DNA of 61,710 bases, the filler included, from Squatina squatina (Eukaryota), in the NCBI GenBank assembly GCA_031763465.1. It is 4 parts of 4 records of this genome, joined end to end, with 100 filler letters (N's around TTAATTAATTAA, not from the genome) between each part and the next. Parts side by side here need not be neighbours in the genome. Positions count along the whole stretch, not along the records: positions 1 to 18,674 come from JARFOE010000120.1; positions 18,775 to 33,309 come from JARFOE010000001.1; 2 more parts are not named here. One strand, 5' to 3'. Positions 12,447 to 23,600 of the stretch are shown one piece after another. The position numbers and the translations under genes are program-made. Every line of letters begins with the position of its first letter. Positions within the stretch are counted from its first letter, which is position 1. The notes beneath the pieces are model-generated. The model worked only from the letters and a program-made list of their open reading frames with translations. It was not told where the DNA came from and made no database searches.

Positions 12447-12908
12447 NNNNNNNNNNNNNNNNNNNNNNNNNNNNNNNNNNNNNNNNNNNNNNNNNNNNNN
12501 NNNNNNNNNNNNNNNNNNNNNNNNNNNNNNNNNNNNNNNNNNNNNNACCCACGCTCACTTCAGAAGAATACCCACTTGAATATGGTACTAGAATATACAG
12601 GCTCAATCCCACGAGTTCCCAATCTCTGTGTTAGTGATAGGAAGGCACTTAACAAGAGTCAGGCTCTTGCCTATCAACCCGGAAATTTTTTTTTTTTGAA
12701 AAGCTGTCACTATATGCTTTTGCAAACAACCTAGCAGAAAGTAACAGAATTGGACATTGCCCAGATGCAGCTCACCTTTTGCCTTTCTTGGTTATGGAAT
12801 GATACAAGATATATCAAAAAATGAACACACACATTTATCTTACTCCTAGGGATCAAAATACCCAATCTAACATGCAATCAGTAAAAAATTAAGTATGCTG
12901 TTATGTAC

Positions 12909-13090
12909 CTTTGTCCATACATTTTCCAAATTGCAGTTTTCTGTGCAATGCTTACATCAATAAGCTCTGAAAGCCCATGTTTCCAATGCAACATGTCAGA
13001 GTCCTTCATGGCATCCATTAACTTGTTTGCTGACCTTCCAGAAAAGGCCCTTTGTTGCACCAGTGATTGAATGCCCAGAGAAGCCAAATA
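12909..13090 (-). CDS. ANAPC5: ANAPC5 exon (YLASLGIQSLVQQRAF...LHWKHGLSELIDVSIAQKTAIWKMYGQ)
   Basis: AG at 13092-13091, GT at 12908; 182 nt; close to vertebrate APC5 by recall. Confidence 0.95.
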
Positions 13091-14581
13091 CTACAAAAAA
13101 GAAGTTAGTTATTAACACAATGGGAATATTTTTTTTGTTAAGGCAGCATTTATTGTNNNNNNNNNNNNNNNNNNNNNNNNNNNNNNNNNNNNNNNNNNNN
13201 NNNNNNNNNNNNNNNNNNNNNNNNNNNNNNNNNNNNNNNNNNNNNNNNNNNNNNNNNNNNNNNNNNNNNNNNNNNNNNNNNNNNNNNNNNNNNNNNNNNN
13301 NNNNNNNNNNNNNNNNNNNNNNNNNNNNNNNNNNNNNNNNNNNNNNNNNNNNNNNNNNNNNNNNNNNNNNNNNNNNNNNNNNNNNNNNNNNNNNNNNNNN
13401 NNNNNNNNNNNNNNNNNNNNNNNNNNNNNNNNNNNNNNNNNNNNNNNNNNNNNNNNNNNNNNNNNNNNNNNNNNNNNNNNNNNNNNNNNNNNNNNNNNNN
13501 NNNNNNNNNNNNNNNNNNNNNNNNNNNNNNNNNNNNNNNNNNNNNNNNNNNNNNNNNNNNNNNNNNNNNNNNNNNNNNNNNNNNNNNNNNNNNNNNNNNN
13601 NNNNNNNNNNNNNNNNNNNNNNNNNNNNNNNNNNNNNNNNNNNNNNNNNNNNNNNNNNNNNNNNNNNNNNNNNNNNNNNNNNNNNNNNNNNNNNNNNNNN
13701 NNNNNNNNNNNNNNNNNNNNNNNNNNNNNNNNNNNNNNNNNNNNNNNNNNNNNNNNNNNNNNNNNNNNNNNNNNNNNNNNNNNNNNNNNNNNNNNNNNNN
13801 NNNNNNNNNNNNNNNNNNNNNNNNNNNNNNNNNNNNNNNNNNNNNNNNNNNNNNNNNNNNNNNNNNNNNNNNNNNNNNNNNNNNNNNNNNNNNNNNNNNN
13901 NNNNNNNNNNNNNNNNNNNNNNNNNNNNNNNNNNNNNNNNNNNNNNNNNNAACTGGGCCTGCTCACTACAGAAACAAAGATATAAAAAATCAGGCCATCA
14001 AAAAGCACATACTGCTTAGTGGCACTAAGTGTACTTTAATGTCCCAATTATATTGGAGAACTACTTCATGAAGTAGTTCTTCAGTGTTAGTTAGCTCCTG
14101 GTCCCCCTCTGTTGAAACTAGCATGTTTGTAGTTCAAAGTGCTTTTTAACAGTAGCCATACCAACTTAATAAAAAAAAAATCACCGTTTCTGATTTTTGA
14201 CGGCCAGAAATTTCTTTAATGGCTCGACAAGGGTTGTACAGTCCATATTTAGCACAACTACTTTGCTCCTGATACGGACGTGGCTGGGAGTGCTTCAACC
14301 ACTCAGCCTACCTGTTTCTTGGCTACCACGAAGAGGAAGGTTTAAAGTGGAGGTGAGATAGTGGTGCTGTTGGAGACACTGCTGAAAACCACCTACTTTG
14401 GTGGTGCTCCCTGCCTCCAATAGCCATGTACTGCTATATACACACATTTAATGGTGCCAATCTTTATTAATTTAGAAATATGAAATCTTGGTTTTGCACA
14501 GAAATTAAAACATATTTCTGTAGCGCTCTAGAATATGCACTCAATAACTAGAGCCAAAACTGATAGTTGCTAGATACTTAC

Positions 14582-14649
14582 TGGTGGCCAAATCTACAGT
14601 TTAGAGCAGCAAGATTGAGAGCTGCATATCGTAAACTTCGTCCAAATCC
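14582..14649 (-). CDS. ANAPC5: ANAPC5 exon, 3' part (GFGRSLRYAALNLAALNCRFGHQ)
   Basis: GTAAGT donor at 14581; 5' part lost in gap; YAALNLA is the APC5 domain motif. Confidence 0.92.
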
Positions 14650-16254
14650 NNNNNNNNNNNNNNNNNNNNNNNNNNNNNNNNNNNNNNNNNNNNNNNNNNN
14701 NNNNNNNNNNNNNNNNNNNNNNNNNNNNNNNNNNNNNNNNNNNNNNNNNCAGTCATAATCGCCGACATTAACTCTTCTTTCGAAGGATTTTCAGACCGTC
14801 AGTGAAAGCCTGGAAAGCTGCGTCTTGGGCCCACAGTTCCAGCCTGGAATCAGAAGACGCTATCACTTAAGGTTAATGTAACCATGGCTTCTGGTGCCGT
14901 GGCAAACCTGAGCACTAACCTGCCATTCCAGCTCGGAGGGCGATGTGCTTTCCATGCCCTGTTTTGGTCCAGAATCATTGGTGCCGTAGTCTGTGGAGCC
15001 TGAACGGCAAACCAGCAACTGGGCGGTGATGAGTTTCCAAAGGGATGTCACACCAACTGTGCTGGAAGGATCTCTGTATCCTCCCTCACTAAAGCAGCTC
15101 TCTGTCCACTCTGTGCCGTCTGAAATGGACGTATACAGGGCTGCGAGGAAGAGCCTCTAAATAAAAGGCTAAAGCCAGGGAGATACTTTGTGGATAATGA
15201 TTGACCTTGATCTCACCTTCAGCTTTAACTAAAAAGGAGGAAAGTGGGGGGTTTTGTGCTGAAGTACTCCCATCCTCTGCCTGCTTTAGGGAAGTTGGAG
15301 GATAACTTTGTACAGGGTGCGGGAACCAGAAATCATTGCCCTCGCTGAATAAGCCTTAAAGGGGAGGTGACCCTGCTGATTCCTCCTCTCTCATCCTGAC
15401 CGTACCCATGGTGTGTGGAAGATGCAAGGAGGAATTATACTTGGAGTACACAACCCTGCCTGATCTTCAAGCCTTAACATTGCATCATCCTGAGAACTGT
15501 AGAGCGCAAGACTTGCTTCAGATTCCTCCGAGATTATCCCTTTTTATTTATATCGCCCAGATAGAAGAAGATGTCTTGTGATAGTTCTTATTTGAAATGT
15601 TGACAAATAATAGAGCATTACTTTTAGACTAGGCTTAGAGTAACAGCATGATGACGGTATGGCGAACAGCTGCCACCGGGATTTGACCACATTCCCAGGA
15701 AGCCCCTTTGGGGATAAAAGAGGGTAGGAGAGACATTCAACACTTGTTGTTTCAAGCTTCCTTTTTCTGCTTACCAAGGCAACATTCGCTTGTCAAGTGA
15801 TAACCTCATTATGACAGTATTTGGACATGTACACCGCGAGCACATTGAAAGGTCAAAGTTGAGGCATCTGGGGCACAGTGGACAGCATTAAACCAAGCTG
15901 CAATGAGGAACACCACGAGTCTTGGTCTGTGTTAATACTATACAATGCTATGTGTTCCTTTTATGGCTTCTCCAGTGGAGCAAACATATTTTAGGAACCT
16001 GTAGAAACAAGCTCCGTGAAAATATTGCCATCGAATTTTACAACAGCTACTTGCGCTGATGTGTGGCATCTTTAATGTAATGAGAGAAGTTCCTCGCTGC
16101 ATTTGCTTTCTGTGTGATGTGTGCTAATGATTTAGATGCATTCTGACAATGGCTTTTATAAGGTAAAGTTTTTTTTAAAAACGCCTCCGCAATGGTTCAG
16201 TTATCAGAAGTAAGAAGCATTTCAATCAAACATATTAAGAATTCTAATACTTAC

Positions 16255-16356
16255 AGCTTCTGAAAAATCAGGATTAAATTTGAGTAAGTTATTCAGTTCT
16301 TTCTGTAGAGCAGCTGGTGAAAGAGCCTTGTTTTCGTTGTTTTTCAACAATGATGC
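16255..16356 (-). CDS. ANAPC5: ANAPC5 exon (ASLLKNNENKALSPAALQKELNNLLKFNPDFSEA)
   Basis: AG at 16358-16357, GTAAGT at 16254; 102 nt. Confidence 0.94.
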
Positions 16357-17254
16357 CTACATGATTTAAAATCCACATTTATCATTTCCTCCAAGCAAAG
16401 CTGATAAACTGACCAATGGTAACGCACAGTATTAGCTAATTGTTTTTGATGCACACTGAGCAGGGCTTAATTCTATACTTATACAAGATTATCCTACTGA
16501 AAGAATGGCCATCAGCTTGAACTTGTATCCCGCAATAGTCAAGGATAATCCAAACTGGTCTACATTTTGTGCTTCAAAGTCAATGTTTAATATTACAATT
16601 ATACCACACATATGGTTAAATAACCCCTTAGAATGACAGCAGGTTTCTGGGTTCGTGTTGGAGGGGATTCTTTGTTTCACTAGTTAAATACCCACATTAA
16701 ATATGGAAATCACTATTGCCAGATTAATCTCACTTGACCTACTTACTGATGATTCCTACATAAAACCCAATTCACACTCCACAAAGGCACTTTCTCCAAC
16801 CATTACCATCCAACCAACTTACTATGTGAATGTGAGTCAACAGCAGATGAACAGAAGAATCTGCCTTTTTAAAACTTAACTTTTCTACCCATTATCTCTT
16901 CGATCTCCTCGAAAATCTAGACTTAGAAACCCCTTACTTACCTTCTATCTTAGTCATTCATTTTGGAACTGGAAGCAACTTTTTAAAAATGGGTTATGGG
17001 TAGATCCAGTAAACATTTGTCAGAGAACAGAACAGATGCGATCAACGTGGAAGGATTATAACGGTAAGCAGGTCAATCTCTAACAGACTTTTTCTATGTC
17101 AAAAAACAGCAAGAGATTCCTGGCCTCTAAATATGCTGATCGTCAGCCCTGACAGCAACAGCAAATCTAAACAAGTAGGAACAGGTAATGGTTCTGTAGT
17201 TGTGAAATGATGGCCCCTCTCATGACGGTGAATAGATGCATCACCCAGTGTGGT

Positions 17255-17722
17255 ACATAAGAACATAAAAAATAGGAGCAGGAGGCCATTCGGCCCCTCA
17301 AGCCTGCTCCACCAGTCAACAAGATCTTCTACCTCAATGCCATTTTCCTGCACTATCCCCATATCCCTTGATGCCTTTAATATCTAGAAATCTATCAATC
17401 TCTGTCTTGAATCTTCTCAATGACTGAGCTTCCACAGTCCTCTGGGGTAGAGAATTCCAAAGATTCACCATCCTCTGAGTGAAGAAATTTCTCCTCATCT
17501 CAGTCCAAAATAGCCTACCCCTTATTTTGAGACTGTGACCCTTGGTTCTTGACCCCCCCCCAGCTAGGGGAAACATCCACCCTGCATCTATCCTTTCAAG
17601 CCCTGGAAGAATTTTGTATGTTTCAATGAGATCCCCTCTCATTCTTCTAAACCCAGGAGAATAAAGGCCTAGTCTACTCAATCTCTCATAGGACAATCCT
17701 CCCATCCCAGGAATCAGTCTGG
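17255..17722 (-). mobile_element. CR1-type LINE 3' end
   Basis: RLIPGMGGLSYERL.RLGLYS..FRRMRGDLIETYKI...TKGHSLK...RRNFFTQRMVNLWNSLP plus TTCTTATG tail. Confidence 0.9.
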
Positions 17723-18151
17723 TGGGGAGACCATGCTGTAGGTGGTAGATGATGATCTGGCAAATCACATTGGTGGGTGGAAGGCATGGACAGAGGACTC
17801 TTATGGATGTGAGGAGATTGAAGGAGCATGAGAAATGGGTGGACCTGGTCAAGGTCTCTCGACCACTGCCGAGGGGATTCCTTGGCTGGGGAAAAAAGAT
17901 TAATGTATTGATTTTTTTTTAAAAAAAGCTTAGTTATATCATGGCAACAGTTTTATTTTCACTACTCTTGGTCAAGTACCAGCTCTAGTTGTGTTGCAGC
18001 ACCACTTGAGAGCACCAGGTTAAATTGGCAATCCACGTCACTTTGAAAGGGAAAAAAGCTCAAAACAATTTTAATAATGCCAAGTATGGCACAATACTGA
18101 ACGGTCAGTGTGTAGTCATCGCTATGACACTGATGTGTCACCTTTATCACA

Positions 18152-18352
18152 CGGTAGCATGGTGGTAATGTTACTGGGCTAGTAATCCAGAGTCCTGGAC
18201 TAATGATATAAATTCAAATCCCACCACGGCAGCTGGGTAATTAAAATTCAGTTAAATAAATCTGGAATAAAAAGTTAGTATCGGTAATGATTCCTGTCAG
18301 ATTGTCATAAAAACCCATCTAGTTCAATAATGTCCTTTTTAGGGAAGGAAAT
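18152..18352 (+). mobile_element. tRNA-derived SINE 5' part
   Basis: A-box-like TAGCATGGTGG and B-box-like TTCAAATCCC; the probable 3' part of this family is seen at 42831-43040. Confidence 0.55.
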
Positions 18353-18674
18353 CACTGCTATTGAAGCGCTGGAGAAAGTGCAGAAAAGATTTACAGGGAT
18401 ATTATCAGAATTGAAAGGATAGAATTCTTGGGAAAGATTGAGCAATCTGGTGCTCTTTTCTATGAAAAAGAGAAGACTAAGAGGAGACCTAATAGAGGTC
18501 TTAAAAATTTTGAAGGAGCTCAGTCGGGTGGACGTGGAGGAAATGTTTCCATTTGTGGGTGAGTCCAGAACCAGGGAGCATAAATACAAGATAGTCATTG
18601 GCAGATAAAATAAAGAATTTCGTAAGATTTTTATTACAGAGTGGTGAGAATGTGGAACTCGCTGCCACATGGAG
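18353..18674 (+). mobile_element. CR1-type LINE ORF2 fragment
   Basis: ALEKVQKRFT.I...LKG...KRRLRGDLIEVLKI remnant with stops. Confidence 0.8.
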
Positions 18675-18774
18675 NNNNNNNNNNNNNNNNNNNNNNNNNN
18701 NNNNNNNNNNNNNNNNNNTTAATTAATTAANNNNNNNNNNNNNNNNNNNNNNNNNNNNNNNNNNNNNNNNNNNN
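18675..18774. other. Artificial scaffold linker
   Basis: 44 N + TTAATTAATTAA (18719-18730; stops in all six frames) + 44 N. Confidence 0.97.
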
Positions 18775-19120
18775 CTCATATCGACATAGCATCATTAATG
18801 TAGATAAAGGTCCCAAGGTTTTTCCACAGAGGCGTAATCAGAAAAAGGATGCAGAGCTTGGGAGGAGTGACCAAAAACTTGTTCAAAGAGATGGGTTTTG
18901 CGGAAGGTCGTAAAGGGGGAGAGGGAGGTGGGGATGCGGAGGAGATTCGGGAAGGAATTCCAGAGTACGGGGGTTTAGGCGGCTGAAGGCACGGCTGCCA
19001 ACAGTGGGGTGAAAGGACTGAGTGCACAAGGGGTCAGGGCCAGAGAACCAAAGATTGGGGGGGTGGGAGAGGGTGCGGTGGCTATATGGCTGGAGGGGGT
19101 TCCAGAGATAGGGAAGGAGC
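18775..19120 (-). mobile_element. L2-type LINE 3' fragment
   Basis: GGAATTCCAGAG...GGCGGCTGAAGGCACGGC motif shared with 45605-45847. Confidence 0.6.
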
Positions 19121-21850
19121 AAATTTGTGGAGAGAATAAATAAGCTACAGAAAGGAATGATTGAAGACTTCCTGCTCCCAACATACAGGGCTTTCAGCAT
19201 TACTAACCAGTACACAGCATCCCCGCAACTGGAGAAATTGGCTGGAGACAACAAGTATTATTGTCTAAAGTAGGCGGCAGTTGTGAAAAGATTTTTAAAA
19301 TGATTTTTTCCTCTCTTGCTTCAACCATTTCCCCAGCAGCTGGTATTACAACCTTCATACTCGCACATCACTGCATTTTGAATCTGCATCTATTTTGTTC
19401 AAGCTGGCAGCTTCACTGATCTCAAGTGGGGGTCAGATAAATCTAAGGCAACCAACACACTCCACACACAGTACAGATCGAACACCAAAACGGGTTGTAT
19501 AAAACAGAATCAATGAGACAATTATGGCATTAAGAAAGCAATTTCAGCAAACTACCACTTCTCACCCCCATCAATATACGTATGTTTGCTTCTATTGCAT
19601 GCTGAACTAGTGCACGACATAGAATGGCTCTTCGAGGGACCATCTTAACACACACTAATTAATTTAAAAACCAACATGGTGAGACACAATAAAGGGTTAA
19701 ATGCTTGGCACACGTCATCAGCTCTGAAGTAATATTCCTCTTTAAAAAGGTTTCATAAAAAGCGCAGACTGTATAATAATAAAGTAATATAATTTTAAAT
19801 GAAACCATTATAATAATTGCCAATCTATTACACATCAGCTGTCCAACTGCTGTAGGGTTTTGGTCCTTCTTTCTCAATAACGTCTGCCGTTATTGACAGT
19901 TGTGCTCATGTACATTTAGCAGTTGTTGGTTTGCAATAATGTAAATTTCATCATTTAAAGCATCTGATACCTATTAGCACAGTCCTGCGGGGTTTCTTTT
20001 GCGAGTAATTAGATCAGGGATATTGTTCTCTTACAAAAGCATGTAGGCGATGGAGAAGGTTGCAAAATGACAGATATTAAATCCAGATGCTGACAATGCT
20101 GCACCATTTAGAAAACCAAAACAATTTATCACGGCTGGGCCATACGTAAAATGTGCACAGATAATCATTCCCAACATCATAATAAAAAGACAGGAAATCT
20201 ATTTGCTGTAATGATAAAACGTGGCAAACATTATCCAATTTTATTTTTGTAAATACAGGAATGAAATCTATTGGACAACATCACATCCAATTTAGAGGCA
20301 TACTTATTTCAATTAAAATGCGTTGTCTACCAACAGGACTTCTAATCTTGAGGACCCGAATTAGTTCAGAGAAAGCATAGATATGACACGTCCATAGCTT
20401 TAATATGTTTTGATATAGCTTTAAGCTATTACAATGACTCACTAAAATTACCAAGGAAGCAGCTGAAGCACGTAGATCATTAAATCTGCAGGTTGGGTTT
20501 GTTGATCTGAACTGGGCCACAGTCAGGCATCTTCTTCACTTCAGTGGCCTTAGGTTAAGGAAGAGGGGGTGGGAGAGATGGTTGAGAGCATAAAATTAAC
20601 CAGGTTACCAGCATCACAAAAGTATTTAGTGAACCCCTGGCTGGAGGTGTGTGTGTGTGCATGGATACTGAATGAAGACAGGATTGTCTTTAGCTTTATG
20701 CAGACAAATAGCCTGTCAACATTCAGTTCAGGCACTTTAACGTACAAGGGGGCAACGATGGAGCTGTAGCCCCAACATTCAAGAGGAGGGTAGAGGAGAA
20801 AACTGGGAGAGAAAAAACAACTTTCATCTAACCAAGCTGCAGTTCCATCCATTCAAAGGGCATTGTTACTTCTGTATTGCTGTTCGCCTGGCCCTCCTTC
20901 CCTAAACTGACTATAACCAGATTACATGCTTACCAGCACCTGTCAAAAAAAACTTGCACTTTGCCCACATTTCCTGAGCAACACTGCAGATGGCAATATC
21001 ACTAAGTAATGCTGTGATTGATAATTACTCCCACAGCAATGGCAATGTTCCTTTATCTTAGTGCATTAAAAATTTATGATTTTTTAGAAAGAAACTATCT
21101 GCTAAGACTGCTTTTTGTACTGGATCATAAGACCATAAGAAGTAGGAGCAGGAGTAGGCCATTCGGCCCGTCGAGCCCGCTCCGCCATTCAATTGGATCA
21201 TGNNNNNNNNNNNNNNNNNNNNNNNNNNNNNNNNNNNNNNNNNNNNNNNNNNNNNNNNNNNNNNNNNNNNNNNNNNNNNNNNNNNNNNNNNNNNNNNNNN
21301 NNATCGGAGTTGTTCAATTTTCTACAGAAAGGCAATGCTCAACAACAACCAGAGATCAATGTGGCAGTAATGATGGCAATTTGGAATTACTCCTTCCACA
21401 ATGACTGCAACATCAGGAATCAGTATTGAGCCATCAAAATGGCTGACACAACTGGCCCTTTAAATGGGATGGAGGGTGCGCACGACAGAAAAAGCCGGCG
21501 TGGGCAATGCCGACTTTCAACGATGGTGGCGCAGACGATTTCCCAACGTGGCATCTAGATTCAGCAGCGCGCTCACCGATGATGTCATCAAGGCCTGCCG
21601 CCGTCAGATGCCATGCCCCCGGTGCACCACATCAAGCACCCAGCTGACACCAGCGCAACAATTCTCTGCTTCAGACCCGGGACGCCAGCAGCGGGCGCAA
21701 GTCCAGTTACACCCGTGTGGCGCCCGTTCTACGCCTGTGCTGGCTGTTCAATTAGGGCCCCCTTAATGTTCTGCAAATATCAAAAATAAAATATAGTGTT
21801 ACATTTTTCATGTACAAGATTCAGAATTCCACACACCAGCTTCACCCCAC

Positions 21851-22050
21851 GTCCTGATCAATATTTATCCCTCAACCATCCTCCCAGATTATCTGCTTAT
21901 TTTTCTCACTGCTGTTCATGAGGTCTCCCCGTGTGAGAATTGGCTGCTGTCTTTCCCTACAACAGGGACTACACTTCAAAAGTAACTCATTGACTGAAGT
22001 GTTTTAGCAGCACATCCTGCGGTTGTGAAGGTCCTACATGAATGCAAGTT
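21851..22050 (+). mobile_element. Deu-type SINE 3' half
   Basis: Homologous to the 10018-10236 copy; ends AATGCAAGTT. Confidence 0.65.
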
Positions 22051-23454
22051 CCTTCCTTGATTCTTTAAATCAGGCCAGTCAGCACGGATGTCCAACAGCA
22101 CATCACAAAGAATTAGCTGCAAAACCAAGGGAAGATAAAGACATAGATCGACTGGCAGGTAGGTGATAACATGATTCAGAACAATATGAAGGAATGCCTC
22201 CTGAAAGTATGAAAAGGAAATACACTGTAATTTTTTGGATTTCAAATGCAATAGGAGCAGAAAAAGGGACTTTAGGAAGCAGAAACATAGATCATTAAAG
22301 GGTTGCAGTGCAAGTAGATACCCTCGCATTCTGGTTACCAAAAGAATTAGAGAGGATAGAAAAAAATGCTTTGCTTCAACAGTGGTTTGGGGCAAAGAAA
22401 TGCACACTTTAACCACTTCGCGTAGAATCCATAAATTCATTTAAAAAGAGATCTGGGGAGCAAACAGGTGAGGGATCAGAAAGATGGCCCATGTGGGAGC
22501 ACATCATTATCCATTTGCAAAGTGAAAGGAGGAAGAATTTAAATATAAATTAGATGATTTCATAAACAATGTGAATAGGGGTGCCTTTTTGAAATGTAAC
22601 ATCACCTTCACCAATGATACAAAGTTGTCAGATGACATCATTTGGGAACAGGTTCAACTTTCACAGTAATTACCAATTAATAGTCTTAGAACAAACTTGA
22701 AAGATGATGAATTAAGTTCATCTACCATAAAATGAAAAGCCTCTCTGCAGAACAGAGTTGCTGATTGTGTGCAGCAATGCGTCCTAGAAAATCTTGGAAA
22801 AGTCGCGTAAACCAATCCATCATTCAGTTGTTACATGTGGCAGAAGTACAATAAATGTCTCCATTTTATTTATTTTTTTGCTTAATCCATCCTACATTTC
22901 TCCGTTTCAGAACCCACTGTTTATACTTTGTGTTATGTGTCCTTTGAGATAAGCCAGAAAGAATAAAAAATAAAGCTTTAACTCCTTGATGCATACAGGG
23001 AGAATAATCCTTTTGATGGGATGATCTTGCATTAAAAAAACATTGAGCCGTGATAAAAGGCAGCAGTTAAAAAACTCACGTTCTTGCATCAAGCAGATGC
23101 TGAAGGAATTTTTGCTGACTTCAAGGCTTCTGCACAAACCANNNNNNNNNNNNNNNNNNNNNNNNNNNNNNNNNNNNNNNNNNNNNNNNNNNNNNNNNNN
23201 NNNNNNNNNNNNNNNNNNNNNNNNNNNNNNNNNNNNNNNNNCGGTACATTTGTCAGCCTTCACACTTGTGAAGGTACTTGGAAGGAAACCTGCTGACTCA
23301 CTACTTCATTTCTGACCTGATCAGGTATTCGATGCGTGACTTCACTGATCCTGCTGCAATTCTGTACGATTTCAGCAAGCACTTAAAATGCATTTTAAAT
23401 TGCTAACTGAAGTTAAGATGAGAAGGATTTTTTTTTTAAAAGACAAAACAATAC

Positions 23455-23524
23455 CTTCTGTCACATAGTTATGGTCTCGGAGAAAGCTGTTGTTGATTTT
23501 TCGCGTATCAATGTCCTCGCCCAT
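23455..23524 (-). CDS. PPP2R2C: PP2A B55-gamma first coding exon ([23 protein letters not shown])
   Basis: ATG at 23524, GAAG|GTATT donor, 70 nt; B55 beta/gamma N-terminus; MGED, YVTE and head-to-head position with MAN2B2 favour PPP2R2C over PPP2R2B; missed by the ORF track. Confidence 0.88.
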
Positions 23525-23600
23525 TGACAGCAGGGTTATTCGGCATGCCGATCCGCAGTGGACTATAAGCAGAAGAGGTCGTCACAACAGCAGCATCCAT
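23508..23600 (-). promoter_or_regulatory. 30-codon upstream ORF overlapping the PPP2R2C start out of frame
   Basis: AGTATGG at 23600, no stop until TGA at 23510-23508, 17 nt into the CDS; second in-frame ATG at 23545. Confidence 0.6.

Noticed and set aside
13027-14019. Long ORFs of 330 and 298 aa, and all other X-rich ORFs in the track
   Set aside because: They stay open only because they cross N gaps
18152-18230. tRNA gene (also 39552-39610)
   Set aside because: A/B-box-like motifs continue into SINE bodies and no cloverleaf is evident
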